Both the position numbers and the translations under genes were made by a program. The notes under the pieces are model-generated. The model worked only from the letters and a program-made list of their open reading frames with translations. It did no database searches and was not told the DNA's origin. This document shows, piece by piece, positions 27,262-39,472 of a DNA stretch of 64,000 nt. The number at the start of each line of letters is the position of its first letter. Within the stretch, counting starts at the first letter, position 1. The stretch spans positions 434,001-498,000 of the forward strand of contig NW_027266289.1 of NCBI RefSeq assembly GCF_022045235.1, given 5' to 3'. This DNA comes from Haliotis cracherodii. Its lineage: Eukaryota.

Positions 27262-27531
27262 TGTGTTTGTTTGCTTGTGGTTTAACGGCGCACTCAGCAG
27301 TATTCCAGCTATATGATGGCGGTCTGTAAAATAATCGAATGTGGACCAGACAATCCAGTGACTGACATCATGAGCATCGATCCTCGCAATTGGGATCGAT
27401 GACATGTATCAACCGAGTCAGCGAGCCTGACCACCCGATCCCGTTAGTCGCCTTTTACGACAAACATAGTCGCCTTTTACGACAAGCATGGGTTGCTGAA
27501 GATCTATTCTACCCCGGAATCTTCACGGGTC
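27262..27531 (-). mobile_element. SINE family B, full-length copy
   Basis: Minus strand GACCCGTGAAG...CTTGTCGTAAAAGGCGACTA...CACTGGATTGTCTGGTCC...GCTGGAATACTGCTGAGTGCGCCGTTAAAC + (CAAA)n tail; imperfect TSD TAGT(T/C)TGTAG. Confidence 0.85.
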
Positions 27532-27705
27532 TAGTCTGTAGTTGGGTGTATTGATGTTCGACAGGTTACAGGTGAATTCAAATACCAGACTGGTCCAATA
27601 GCTGATGGATGAATTCCTGATTAGGATAAATAACAAAAAAAAGTTTTGTAAAATCAGCACCCATGGCGGTATGGAGAATCTACACCATGTTGTTGTGTTC
27701 TACAT

Positions 27706-28305
27706 CTGTTATACATCAGGTGTCGAGACTGACAGGGAATAACAAGGATGTGCACCAGTAGTGGATGTGTATGTTCTGTAGCTGTTATACATCAGGTGTT
27801 GAGACTGACAGGGAATAACAAGGATGTGCACCAGTAGTGGATGTGTATGTTCTGTAGCTGTTATACATCAGGTGTTGAGACTGACAGGGAATAACAAGGA
27901 TGTGCACCAGTAGTGGATGTGTATGTTCTGTAGCTGTTATACATCAGGTGTTGAGACTGACAGGGGATAACAAGGATGTGCACCAGTAGTGGATGTGTAT
28001 GTTCTGTAGCTGTTATACATCAGGTGTTGAGACTGGCAGGGGATAACAAGGATGTGCACCAGTAGTGGATGTGTATGTTCTGTAGCTGTTATACATCAGG
28101 TGTGGAGACTGACAGGGAATAACAAGGATATGCACCAGTAGTGGATGTGCATGTTCTGTAGCTGTTATACATCAGGTGTGGAGACTGGCCGGGAATAACA
28201 AGGATGTGCACCAGTAGTGGATGTGCATGTTCTGTAGCTGTTATACATCAGGTGTGGAGACTGACAGGGAATAACAAGGATATGCACCAGTAGTGGATGT
28301 GCATG
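27706..28305. repeat. 76-bp minisatellite, ~8 copies
   Basis: ATACATCAGG recurs at 27711, 27787, 27863 and onward. Confidence 0.95.
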
Positions 28306-28913
28306 TACATGAATAATGTCGTTAGCGAAGGATCGGAAATAAACCTTTAAACGGCGTCAAAAAGATGGACTATTGATGAGTTACACAACAAACAAAACAA
28401 ATAATAGATTTACGAGTTACAGTACATGCCAAGTTATGAGCAAAGGGTGATGATTCAGTGAGTTTGGTTTTGACGTCGTATTTTGTATTGTTTGCATTAT
28501 TCCAGCAATATCACGACGGAGGACACCACAATAACGTTTCAAACGTTGTGTCCATGCGGGCAATCGAATTCGGGCCTTCGGCGAAACAAGCAAACACTTT
28601 AACTACTCCGGTACTCCGCCTTCTCAAAGAGCAAAGACCACTGTACGAATCCGACCCGAAATGTTCATTTAAGAAGAACATAGTCTATTCATATATTTTC
28701 TTACATTTTGCCTGACAGTTACTTTTCAAGGTCCATACAGATATAGCTTTTCAAGCTTTTCAGCTGACATTTTCAGTTTTTCTTATTTTGCTAAATAGCT
28801 TCAGTCAGTGAATTTTATCTTAAGCACAGTATAACAGTTTAAATCAGTCGTTAGACAAAGACAGCAGCATGAATATCACAAAGCCCCCCCCCCCAAAAAA
28901 AAATAATAAATAA

Positions 28914-28969
<56 letters not shown>

Positions 28970-29106
28970 TAATAATAAATAAAAATACTACTACTACAAA
29001 AATAAAGATATACAGTTAATAAATAAAAAAAAAAAATATTTTCACAACCATCAAATTAAAGAAGTTAAGTTTGTATTAAATGTTAATACTTTCATAAACT
29101 AGTATA

Positions 29107-30525
29107 CACTCTTCAAAAAATGAAACGCACAGGTAGTAAATTTAATGTATCTTAGAAAGTCGATATATTTAATTTAATGTCATAAATACAAGTATGAGAT
29201 ATAGGAGCCGATAGTCACATGTTGTCGTTGTACAAATGCATTGAAAACTGTTCATTGTCATGTGACAAGGCCAGAAGGTTGCGCTGAGCTCAGTATCTAG
29301 TGTGACAGCCCCGGACAACAATCACGGCTCTGCATCTCCTCGGCACCGAATAGATAAGTGTACGAATTCTGTGCTGCAGAATTCTGCGCCATTCTGCTTG
29401 TAACGCGTTGGCCAGTGGTGGGAGTGTCTGCGGCGTGTTCTGACGTTGACGTACTCGTCGATCGATTTGATCCTAGAGGTGTTCGATTCGGTTGAGATCT
29501 GGAGATCTCGACGGCCGGGGAAGACGTTGACGTTGGCATTATGAAGGTAATCTACCATGACACGAGCTGTGTGCGGTGGAGTGTTGTCCTGTTGAAACAG
29601 CTCCCTTAGGCGGTCAATGATTGGAAGAAGGTGAGTTTGGAGAATTTGATTCATGTAGCGATTTGCTGTCAAATTTCTCTGAACCACAACCAAGTTAGAT
29701 ATCGTAGTGTAGGGTATGGCCCCCACACAATGACACTTCGTCCACCAAATGTGTCGCATTCGCGTACACAATATGGGGCAAAACGCTCATTTCGACGACG
29801 ATAAACTCGTTGTCTCCCATCTCGCCGGTGAAGAAGAAATCGTGATTCATCTCTAAACCACACTCGTTTCCAGTTTCTCAAATTCCAAGGCTGTAAGGTA
29901 TGGCTACAACGCAAGCGTCGCTGTCGATGGATCTGTTGCAAAACAGGAACGATTACTGGTCTTCTGGGTCGGATTCCAGCCAGTCTGACAGTCTGGTCCG
30001 ATATCCTCCTTAAACCAGGGATGCGTCCTGCAAGTCTCCGAAGCTGCGGCATTGGGATGACGTAGGTGGAACGTCGAATGTAGCGATCTTGTGACAGGGT
30101 ACGTGGTAACTCTTGGTCGGCCGGTTCTCGGACGGTCTGCAGTGGAATAAAACCGTATGTATCGGTCCCAAAGGCGACAAATGGTGCTGTGGTGGACGTC
30201 TCGGCATTTTCGAACTTGTTGACAATTGAATGAAGTTATTGGCTTAGGCTTGCCTTTTCATAGCCACTACCACGAGTTACGAATGCAACAACTTGCACGT
30301 GCATTATGCTTTACTGTTTTCCTCCATGACAATTGTGAAGTGTGAAAACAAGGCCGTTAAAGACATTGCAAATTGCAGTGGCTGCGTTATGACGCGCCGT
30401 TTGTCGAATATCAGGCCACCAACATTTTCCAAAAACATATATCCAATTTATATACCGAATTTTTAGTGTAGTCAGGTTCAGTGATCTACAAACTTCCTGT
30501 GCGTTTCTTTTTGTTTTGAAGAGTG
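29107..30525 (-). mobile_element. Full-extent Tc1-like DNA transposon with TIRs and decayed transposase
   Basis: TIR CACTCTTCAAAA..GAAACGCACAGG at 29107 and its inverse ending 30525; TA on the left; VWFRDES, FGGRSVIVWG, FQQDNTPPH motifs. Confidence 0.9.
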
Positions 30526-31399
30526 TTTGTCGTTGTTGTACAAATCCAAGGCTTTTCGAACTATTTTTGTGATTTTCTTGCTTTTCAAGAAGGATCTTAA
30601 AATGTCAATGCCTTTTCAAGCATGTGTGAACCTTGCCATTGTATCGTTGAAATATTTTACTTCGAAACATTGCCGTTCGGCGGTTTTGGAGTAGGTATTT
30701 TTTACTGAAATAACAAAAGGGGAGGGAAATATTCCCTTGCTAATCAGAAATATTGGTTTTTATATTTCATCAGCATTAATTTGCAACACAACTCCAAAGA
30801 AAAAGTTATATATATATATAACATATGGACCACATGCTGCCAATGTTGTACTTGCATATGTCACGTAGTCAGAATTGACTATTGTATTTGGCAGAGACAA
30901 CAGACTGCCGTTATAATGGTTATCCCTTGGCCGAAATGTCGTGTGACGTCACAGCCGTTGCGCATTTGCCGCCACATCAGCTGGGCGAACCTCGGCTCAG
31001 TCTGAGGCCACAGGTTACACCGATATGTGAGCAAACAGTTTGTTGTCTGTTTCACGGTTAACTATAACCTATCACAAACAATTAACAAAGCATCTATAAT
31101 TACACTCAGTAAACAATTTTCTTACCTGACCATGGAAAGTTCCAAACACAACAAATGACAAAAAAATGTCTGAAAATGTTTTTACAAGTTTTATTTATTT
31201 TGAGAAAACAACAAACAGTTTCATCTAAATCATGAAATATTTACACGCTCGGATGTGAACGGCACACCACGTGCCTTCAGTGAGCGCCACGGGACAACAG
31301 AAGATCCACCACTCGCTGACGTTTCCTGGATCTCGCCGTGTCGGTCGCTGTCCAACCGATGTTGTTCTTGGCGTCCATGTCGACCACGTTCAGAGATAG

Positions 31400-34390
31400 G
31401 ACAAACATCACCGTCTCTACGTGTCCTCCGTGACAGGCCCAGTGAAGGATGTTGTTACCGACATCGTCAACCAGTGACACATCAGCTCCTTTACTCACAA
31501 GGAGCTCCAGCACGTCTCTGTGTCCGCACACTGCTGCCACCAACACCGGTGTCCTGCTCTCCTTTCCCACACTACAGTCGATGTCCACCACGTTCAGAGA
31601 CAGGACAAACTTCACCGTCTCCACGTGTCCTCCCACACAGGCCCAGTAAAGGAAGTTGTTACCGTCATCGTCCACCAGTGACACATCAGCTCCTTTACTC
31701 ACAAGGAGCTCCACCACGTCTCTGTGTCCGCACACTGCTGCCACCAACACCGGTGTCCTGCTCTCCTTTCCCACACTACAGTCGATGTCCACCACATTCA
31801 GAGACAGGACAAACTTCACCGTCTCCACGTGTCCTCCCACACAGGCCCAGTAAAGGAAGTTGTTACCGTCATCGTCCACCAGTGACACATCAGCTCCTTT
31901 ACTCACCAGGAGCTCCACCACGTCTCTGTGTCCGCACACTGCTGCCACCAACACCGGTGTCCTGCTCTCCTTTCCCACACTACAGTCGATGTCCACCACG
32001 TTCAGAGACAGGACAAACTTCACCGTCTCTACGTGTCCTCCGTGACAGGCCCAGTGAAGGATGTTGTTACCGACATCGTCAACCAGTGACACATCAGCTC
32101 CTTTACTCACAAGGAGCTCCACCACGTCTCTGTGTCCGCACACTGCTGCCACCAACACCGGTGTCCTGCTCTCCTTTCCCACACTACAGTCGATGTCCAC
32201 CACGTTCAGAGACAGGACAAACTTCACCGTCTCCACGTGTCCTCCCACACAGGCACAGTAAAGGAAGTTGTTACCGTCATCGTCCACCAGTGACACATCA
32301 GCTCCTTTACTCACAAGGAGCTCCACCACGTCTCTGTGTCCGCACACTGCTGCCACCAACACCGGTGTCCTGCTCTCCTTTCCCACACTACAGTCGATGT
32401 CCACCACATTCAGAGACAGGACAAACTTCACCGTCTCCACGTGTCCTCCCACACAGGCCCAGTAAAGGAAGTTGTTACCGTCATCGTCCACCAGTGACAC
32501 ATCAGCTCCTTTACTCACAAGGAGCTCCACCACGTCTCTGTGTCCGCACACTGCTGCCACCAACACCGGTGTCCTGCTCTCCTTTCCCACACTACAGTCG
32601 ATGTCCACCACGTTCAGAGACAGGACAAACTTCACCGTCTCCACGTGTCCTCCCACACAGGCCCAGTAAAGGAAGTTGTTACCGTCATCGTCCACCAGTG
32701 ACACATCAGCTCCTTTACTCACAAGGAGCTCCACCACGTCTCTGTGTCCGCACACTGCTGCCACCAACACCGGTGTCCTGCTCTCCTTTCCCACACTACA
32801 GTCGATGTCCACCACGTTCAGAGACAGGACAAACTTCACCGTCTCCACGTGTCCTCCCACACAGGCCCAGTAAAGGAAGTTGTTACCGGCATCGTCCACC
32901 AGTGACACATCAGCTCCTTTACTCACCAGGAGCTCCACCACGTCTCTGTGTCCGCACACTGCTGCCACCAACACCGGTGTCCTGCTCTCCTTTCCCACAC
33001 TACAGTCGATGTCCACCACGTTCAGAGACAGGACAAACTTCACCGTCTCCACGTGTCCTCCCACACAGGCCCAGTAAAGGAAATTGTTACCGTCATCGTC
33101 CACCAGTGACACATCAGCTCCTTTACTCACAAGGAGCTCCACCACGTCTCTGTGTCCGCACACTGCTGCCACCAACACCGGTGTCCTGCTCTCCTTTCCC
33201 ACACTACAGTCGATGTCCACCACGTTCAGAGACAGGACAAACTTCACCGTCTCCACGTGTCCTCCCACACAGGCCCAGTAAAGGAAGTTGTTACCGTCAT
33301 CGTCCACCAGTGACACATCAGCTCCTTTACTCACAAGGAGCTCCACCACGTCTCTGTGTCCGCACACTGCTGCCACCAACACCGGTGTCCTGCTCTCCTT
33401 TCCCACACTACAGTTGATGTCCACCACGTTCAGAGACAGGACAAACTTCACCGTCTCCACGTGTCCTCCCACACAGGCCCAGTAAAGGAAGTTGTTACCG
33501 TCATCGTCCACCAGTGACACATCAGCTCCTTTACTCACCAGGAGCTCCACCACGTCTCTGTGTCCGCACACTGCTGCCACCAACACCGGTGTCCTGCTCT
33601 CCTTTCCCACACTACAGTCGATGTCCACCACGTTCAGAGACAGGACAAACTTCACCGTCTCCACGTGTCCTCCCACACAGGCCCAGTAAAGGAAGTTGTT
33701 ACCGTCATCGTCCACCAGTGACACATCAGCTCCTTTACTCACCAGGAGCTCCACCACGTCTCTGTGTCCGCACATTGCTGCCACCAACACCGGTGTACTG
33801 CTCTCCTTTCCCACACTACAGTCGATGTCCACCACGTTCAGAGACAGGACAAACTTCACCGTCTCCACGTGTCCTCCCACACAGGCCTAGTAAAGGAAGT
33901 TGTTACCGTCATCGTCCACCAGTGACACATCAGCTCCTTTACTCACCAGGAGCTCCACCACGTCTCTGTGTCCGCACACTGCTGCCACCAACACCGGTGT
34001 CCTGCTCTCCTTTCCCACACTACAGTCGATGTCCACCACGTTCAGAGACAGGACAGACTTCACCGTCTCCACGTGTCCTCCCACACAGGCCCAGTAAAGG
34101 AAGTTGTTACCGTCATCGTCCACCAGTGACACATCAGCTCCTTTACTCACAAGGAGCTCCACCACGTCTCTGTGTCCGCACACTGCTGCCACCAACACCG
34201 GTGTCCTGCTCTCCTTTCCCACACTACAGTTGATGTCCACCACGTTCAGAGACAGGACAAACTTCACCGTCTCCACGTGTCCTCCCACACAGGCCCAGTA
34301 AAGGAAGTTGTTACCGTCATCGTCCACCAGTGACACATCAGCTCCTTTACTCACCAGGAGCTCCAGCACGTCTCTGTGTCCGGCCCCTGC
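31400..34390. repeat. 204-bp coding tandem repeat (2 ANK per unit), ~14.5 near-identical copies
   Basis: Periodicity of 204 is visible in the sequence and in the ORF track. Confidence 0.95.
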
Positions 34391-35759
34391 TGCCGTCATC
34401 ACCGGTGTCATGCCCCGCCGTCCTCTACAGTTGATGTTGGCGTCTCCTGTAGACAGGATCAGCCTCACCTCCTCCAGGTCCCCCCTGCTGCTGTCATCAC
34501 CGGTGTCATGCCCCGCCGTCCTCTACAGTTGATGTTGGCGTCTCCTGTAGACAGGATCAGCCTCACCTCCTCCAGGTCCCCCCTGCTGCTGTCATCACCG
34601 GTGTCATGCCCCGCCGTCCTCTACAGTTGATGTTGGCGTCTCCTGTAGACAGGATCAGCCTCACCTCCTCCAGGTCCCCCCTGCTGCTGTCATCACCGGT
34701 GTCATGCCCCGCCGTCCTCTACAGTTGATGTTTTCGTCTCCTGTAGACAGGATCAGCCTCACCTCCTCCAGGTTCCCCTTCCTGCTGGCGCCATGGATGG
34801 CGTCGCAGTCTGCTGGAGATGGCGTCCCTGTAACACAAAGTGAACTCTGTACACGTCTGTGTCATCCATCTACATTGTTCACACCTAAAAGTGTTGATAC
34901 GTGACACAATACACCATTAAAACAATTCTAGAATGACGACAGATGATTGATGTACTTAAGGATCAGGTATTTAATGTTTTAATTCTCTCTGTTACATCCT
35001 GTAATTGTGAAACCTGTCTGTGTATGACTAGAGAGTGTCAACGTTTGTTGGCCTGAGAGTAATCAGACGATGTCAGGACAATTGCTGTTTGAAATTATTG
35101 GGATAACATGATATAAAATTGGTTTTATATCAGCTGGTTTGTATGTTGTTTTAAGCCGCACTCACGAATATTCCAGCTATATGAAACAGCGACAATGCTG
35201 TTCAGAAGCACTATAAATACCGGTCACCTTCAGGTCATTGACCTTTTTACTGTAACTGAAAAATACATTTATTTTGTTTTGGAACGTAAACATACAAGAT
35301 ACATTTACATTATTGTTACAAGACTGACAGTACAATCAAATATAAAATACAATATAACACCTGAAGGGTCTGATTCTGATATGTGAGGCTGAGAACTTTT
35401 CAGTCAACCCCTTGTGTGTACAGACATACATTTACAATGTCCGGGAATATGCACTCAAAAGAGTCAATTGGATATTTGTAGGATACCTATTACTTGTCCA
35501 AGATATATCTGATCTGACTGGTATGGTACTAGTAACAAATGGAACAGTTCAACCAGATATGATCATGCCTTATAATGCTGACATAAGCAAATATGTTTGC
35601 AAAGATAACGAACATCTGTAAACGAGTGACAGATATAATTAGAAATAAATTTTAGTTTATGTAACGTCTATGTCCACCCCTCTCCTCGGATGCATAACTT
35701 TTGCCATCAAGAGTTAAAAAAGAACACAGCCTGGTTCAATTCCAGTAACGTCTTGATGT

Positions 35760-36175
35760 GCCCAAGCTTGTATTGTGTCATGGCTTCTGTGATTCTTTCA
35801 GAGCGAGATTTGAGTTACAGTTTCACCTTAAAGACCTTTGGTTTTACATTGTACCTCACAAATGTGAGATTTTCCAACAACGTGTGCCGTGTGCGAGATA
35901 CGCTTAATGTAATTTTATTACATGCGGAAAGCGCACGTTAGCTCTCCGAATATGACTGATCTGTGTTATGTATGTGGGCACTTATATAAAACCTGGTTTG
36001 TTTACACAGATGCTGCTATTTTTGTCATCTGTTGATAGATCTGCGTCAGATACAAGCACATTCATGAAGCATAGGGCATCTCGGATTGTGTATTGCTCTA
36101 GCTCTTCATTTTCAAAATGACACGTTTCAACTTTAGTCTTTAAATTAGAAGATTTTACTATATCTATCGTCATTA
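35760..36175 (-). mobile_element. LINE ORF1-like remnant in the ankyrin gene intron
   Basis: EELEQYTIRDAL...STDD and FVRYNVKPKVFK.K...ITEAMT motifs. Confidence 0.5.
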
Positions 36176-37519
36176 TGTTCAGTGAGAAATACCCTACGGA
36201 TCAAGAAATGAAGATTTTCCTTAATTCTGTCACTTGGGATAATGGAATACAACATTGAAAAATCAAATGTTTGAGATCATTGACCTTGTTTTTTTGAGAT
36301 TTTGAGAATCTACATGGTATTAATTTCACCTGTCTCAAATATTTACAGAGAATATAAAGAACAAGACTATAGTGAAGTGTATGAAAGTATACTGTAGCGG
36401 TGTTTATCCGTGGGGATGATTAGTAACATTTATTTACCTTGTTTGTTGACAGTTTGGCCAACCCCACTACATGCAGCTCCTGTAATGGCAAATTTCTCAA
36501 TGGCCGTGTTTGTTTCAGTCTGTGGTGCAACATGGATATTCTGGGCCGTGGATTCAGGGAGTTTAATGCCATCCTCCTCATCACTCATAATGGCGGTGGT
36601 CTGTACAGAATAGGAACAAGTTATGTTACTTCATCACATCATATCAACATCTGCATCGGAAATATGTCTTGCCTTAGAATCAATTGCATTGAATTCTTTT
36701 TACAGGATCAAATCATGACATGACATGCTACAATCTGTTTACATGTTCCCAATTTGTTTTCAATATGTGAACACGTATATAACTATCTGATAACTACCAA
36801 GAACATTGATGGAAGCTCTGGCTATCTGGCTTGTGTGTATCTGGATTTAAATCTTCTCCATGTTGTTTTTTCTAGTACATACTGCTAAACCTGTTTGTAT
36901 CAGATAGCTTCAGTAACTGACTGGCTTTCTAGTCAGCAATATCATCAGAAAAATAAGTGTGTGAGCCACACACCATCGTGCTATATCCACAACGCTTCCC
37001 CACTGCCGTTTACACAGTTTTAATTCCGTGGGCCTTGTTGCTAATGAGAAGACTGATCTGGACGAGCTGTCACACTTGTATTGATAATACGTGTGCCTTT
37101 AATATGAGATTAGTTTTAGTTTATTCTGAGAAAAAAGTCCAAAGGCACAGAAACAGACAACACAAAGCCAAAGGTTTACTTTCGGTCTTGGTGAGATGAT
37201 AAGATAGATAATTGTTTAAATGTAAAATAACAGGAACACTCCCTCACCGGCTTTGCGAGAAGGCCATAGGAATTAGTACATACTTTGACGTATATCCGGT
37301 GTGATACCAGGTTGGTGTAATGCGTCTCTGGACATGTCCAAGAGTTAAGTCTTCAAAAGGCTCAATGTATAGTATCATAAAATATGATTGCCTAAATGTT
37401 GAAAATTATCTAACCCTACTGCAGGAAAACGTTTGGCGAGTCTTGGAAAAGCAATGTTATTGAAGTATCGGAACAATGCTGGTTGTCAACCCCGATAACC
37501 TAACCTACTGTTGCGTGAT

Positions 37520-37810
37520 TACCACTGTTGAGATAAACGCCAGAGTTGGACAACCCGCCTAAGAATGTATCTGACTTTTCTTTTCCTGAAGAAAAGCGTG
37601 TAAAACTTAATAAACGCAAATCAAATGACAATTTCACAAATAGAGCTGGATAGATATCATTAAATTTGTAGTATGTTTAGAGCATATATTCTCAATGGCC
37701 GAGTGTCTCCCGATCCTGAAGGACAATTTACATTCACATCTTAGCAGGGTAAACGATTACTTTATCGAAATGTTGAATCAGATCATATGCCATTAGAAAT
37801 ACATCTTATA
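37520..37810 (+). mobile_element. LINE AP-endonuclease remnant
   Basis: EINARVG, ILNGR...GQFTFTS, SDHMPL motifs. Confidence 0.55.
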
Positions 37811-37842
37811 CATCAAGAAAAGCTACTGAAAATGCCTCATCA

Positions 37843-38114
37843 ACACCATTCAGATATCTATGGTGATACTTACAAACACACCTGATGAACACCATTCAGA
37901 TATCTATGGTGATACTTACAAACACACCTGATGAACATCATTCAGATATCTATGGTGATACTTACAAACACACCTGATGAACACCATTCAGATATCTATG
38001 GTGATACTTACAAACACACCTGATGAACACCATTCAGATATCTATGGTGATACTTACAAACACACCTGATGAACATCATTCAGATATCTATGGTGATACT
38101 TACAAACACACCTG
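37843..38114. repeat. 46-bp minisatellite, 6 copies
   Basis: Unit ACACCATTCAGATATCTATGGTGATACTTACAAACACACCTGATGA. Confidence 0.95.
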
Positions 38115-39363
38115 GAATCCAAAACTAGCTGCATGTAGTGATAGTTCTTCCCTATAATCTTTGTAAGAAGCAAACAAGCTGGTGGATATAAGGATTGATC
38201 ACACTCCTGGATCGTTTGTCCAGGTTGTTTTGAAGCACCCGGCTGTTTGAAAAATCGTACATTTTACAGGCGCGTGTGTCAGCTTTTTGTACATTCACTG
38301 TAGGGGAGCAACGTATCAAACTCGCGAGACTTTAAGATATTTTCGGAAAGGCAATATTTATAAAAGCGCCTTAATTGTGTGGAAATAAATAAGTATAATA
38401 CATATGCATGCAGTCAAAACAAGCTTGTCAAGAAAGAAAAGAAGATGTTAAAACAAACAACATATAATCCTGTTAGATGTTGGAGGGTACTTATGCGTAT
38501 ATCCACAGTGCCTCTTTATTTTAACATAATAAGTGAAAGGCCACCCTCTCGTTATGGAAGAACATATTCCGGCTATAACCCAGAAGTTGGACTCTGTTAT
38601 TGAGAAACAAGTTGAAGTTAGTGAGAGATTCAGGCAGCTGAAGTGTGGGAACGACTATATCTAAACGTCTAACCAATCTAACAGTGGACATTGTGGACGC
38701 GATAGCAGTAGTCAACCGGGTGACAGTCCGCCATTACCACCTCACCAGGCTCATCAGAGCAGACAGAATTCGTTTCCAACAAGCTGAAGTCAGGACATTA
38801 CCTCTGCCCGCGACCCCACCAAATCAAGTCGTGAAGGTGTTGTCGGTATTCAGGAGCAGTATAACTGTTGAGAACGTCACTTGACTGGGTGATTTTACCA
38901 CCGCATCTCAAACTGCATGATTCCCGTGACGGCATTAGCATAAATGATCAGCCGGTGTTGAATGTCATATCTCAGTGTGGGAGATACAGTGAAGCATCTT
39001 TACAGTGGACATTACTGAACAAACATCGACAGAAATATGTACGGTATGAATTTGCGGCAAACTTGTTCAAAGACGTTTTGACAATGACACACAGCGAAAC
39101 TCTTTAATTCCTTCTAAAAGGAGGGTCTGATTATCTTTCTTTGAGAAATGTTCGAATTGCGGCTCAACTTTCAAATAAACGGTCAGGATTCCCTACAAAA
39201 TGGTCCGGTCATCATGGAAATAACATTACAACAGTATTCCAGTTATATCGCGGCGTGTCAGCTTAATGTGGGACGAAAGCCCGAAGTGATGCAGGTCTCA
39301 GACGTTAACCACTTCGGTGAAACCCACGAGCACGGGTATGGTGTTGACAAACCTAGAAACATA

Positions 39364-39472
39364 ATCGGGGCGAACCGGGATTCGAACCCACAATCATAGG
39401 TTTCTGGCGTGCCCAAGGGACGCAACTCTGCACAGCGAATCGCGGCGCCTAAGGCGACTGGGCCATCCGTGC
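39364..39472 (-). mobile_element. tRNA-derived sequence (SINE head or tRNA pseudogene)
   Basis: Minus strand box A-like TGGCCCAGTCG and box B GGTTCGAATCCC with a long intervening segment; no clean cloverleaf. Confidence 0.5.

Larger units (their letters stand above)
31277..36600 (-). pseudogene. Ankyrin-repeat gene (~30 ANK repeats), disrupted; exons 36600-36438 and 34827-31277
   Basis: TPVLVAAVCGHRDVVELLVSKGAD / NNFLYWACVGGHVETVKFVL in 204-bp units; phase-1 splice junction compatible; TGG>TAG at 33887-33889 and 98-bp frameshifting duplications. Confidence 0.8.

Noticed and set aside
31255-33417. 720-aa plus-strand ORF and the many 65-aa ORFs
   Set aside because: Antisense shadows of the 204-bp ankyrin repeat; no independent domain signal
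36900-37090. Possible extra upstream coding exon of the ankyrin gene
   Set aside because: No convincing splice pair or recognisable protein motif
38560-39110. Possible nuclease or transposon protein relic (DIVDAIAVVN)
   Set aside because: A single weak motif in broken frames; cannot be assigned without a profile search
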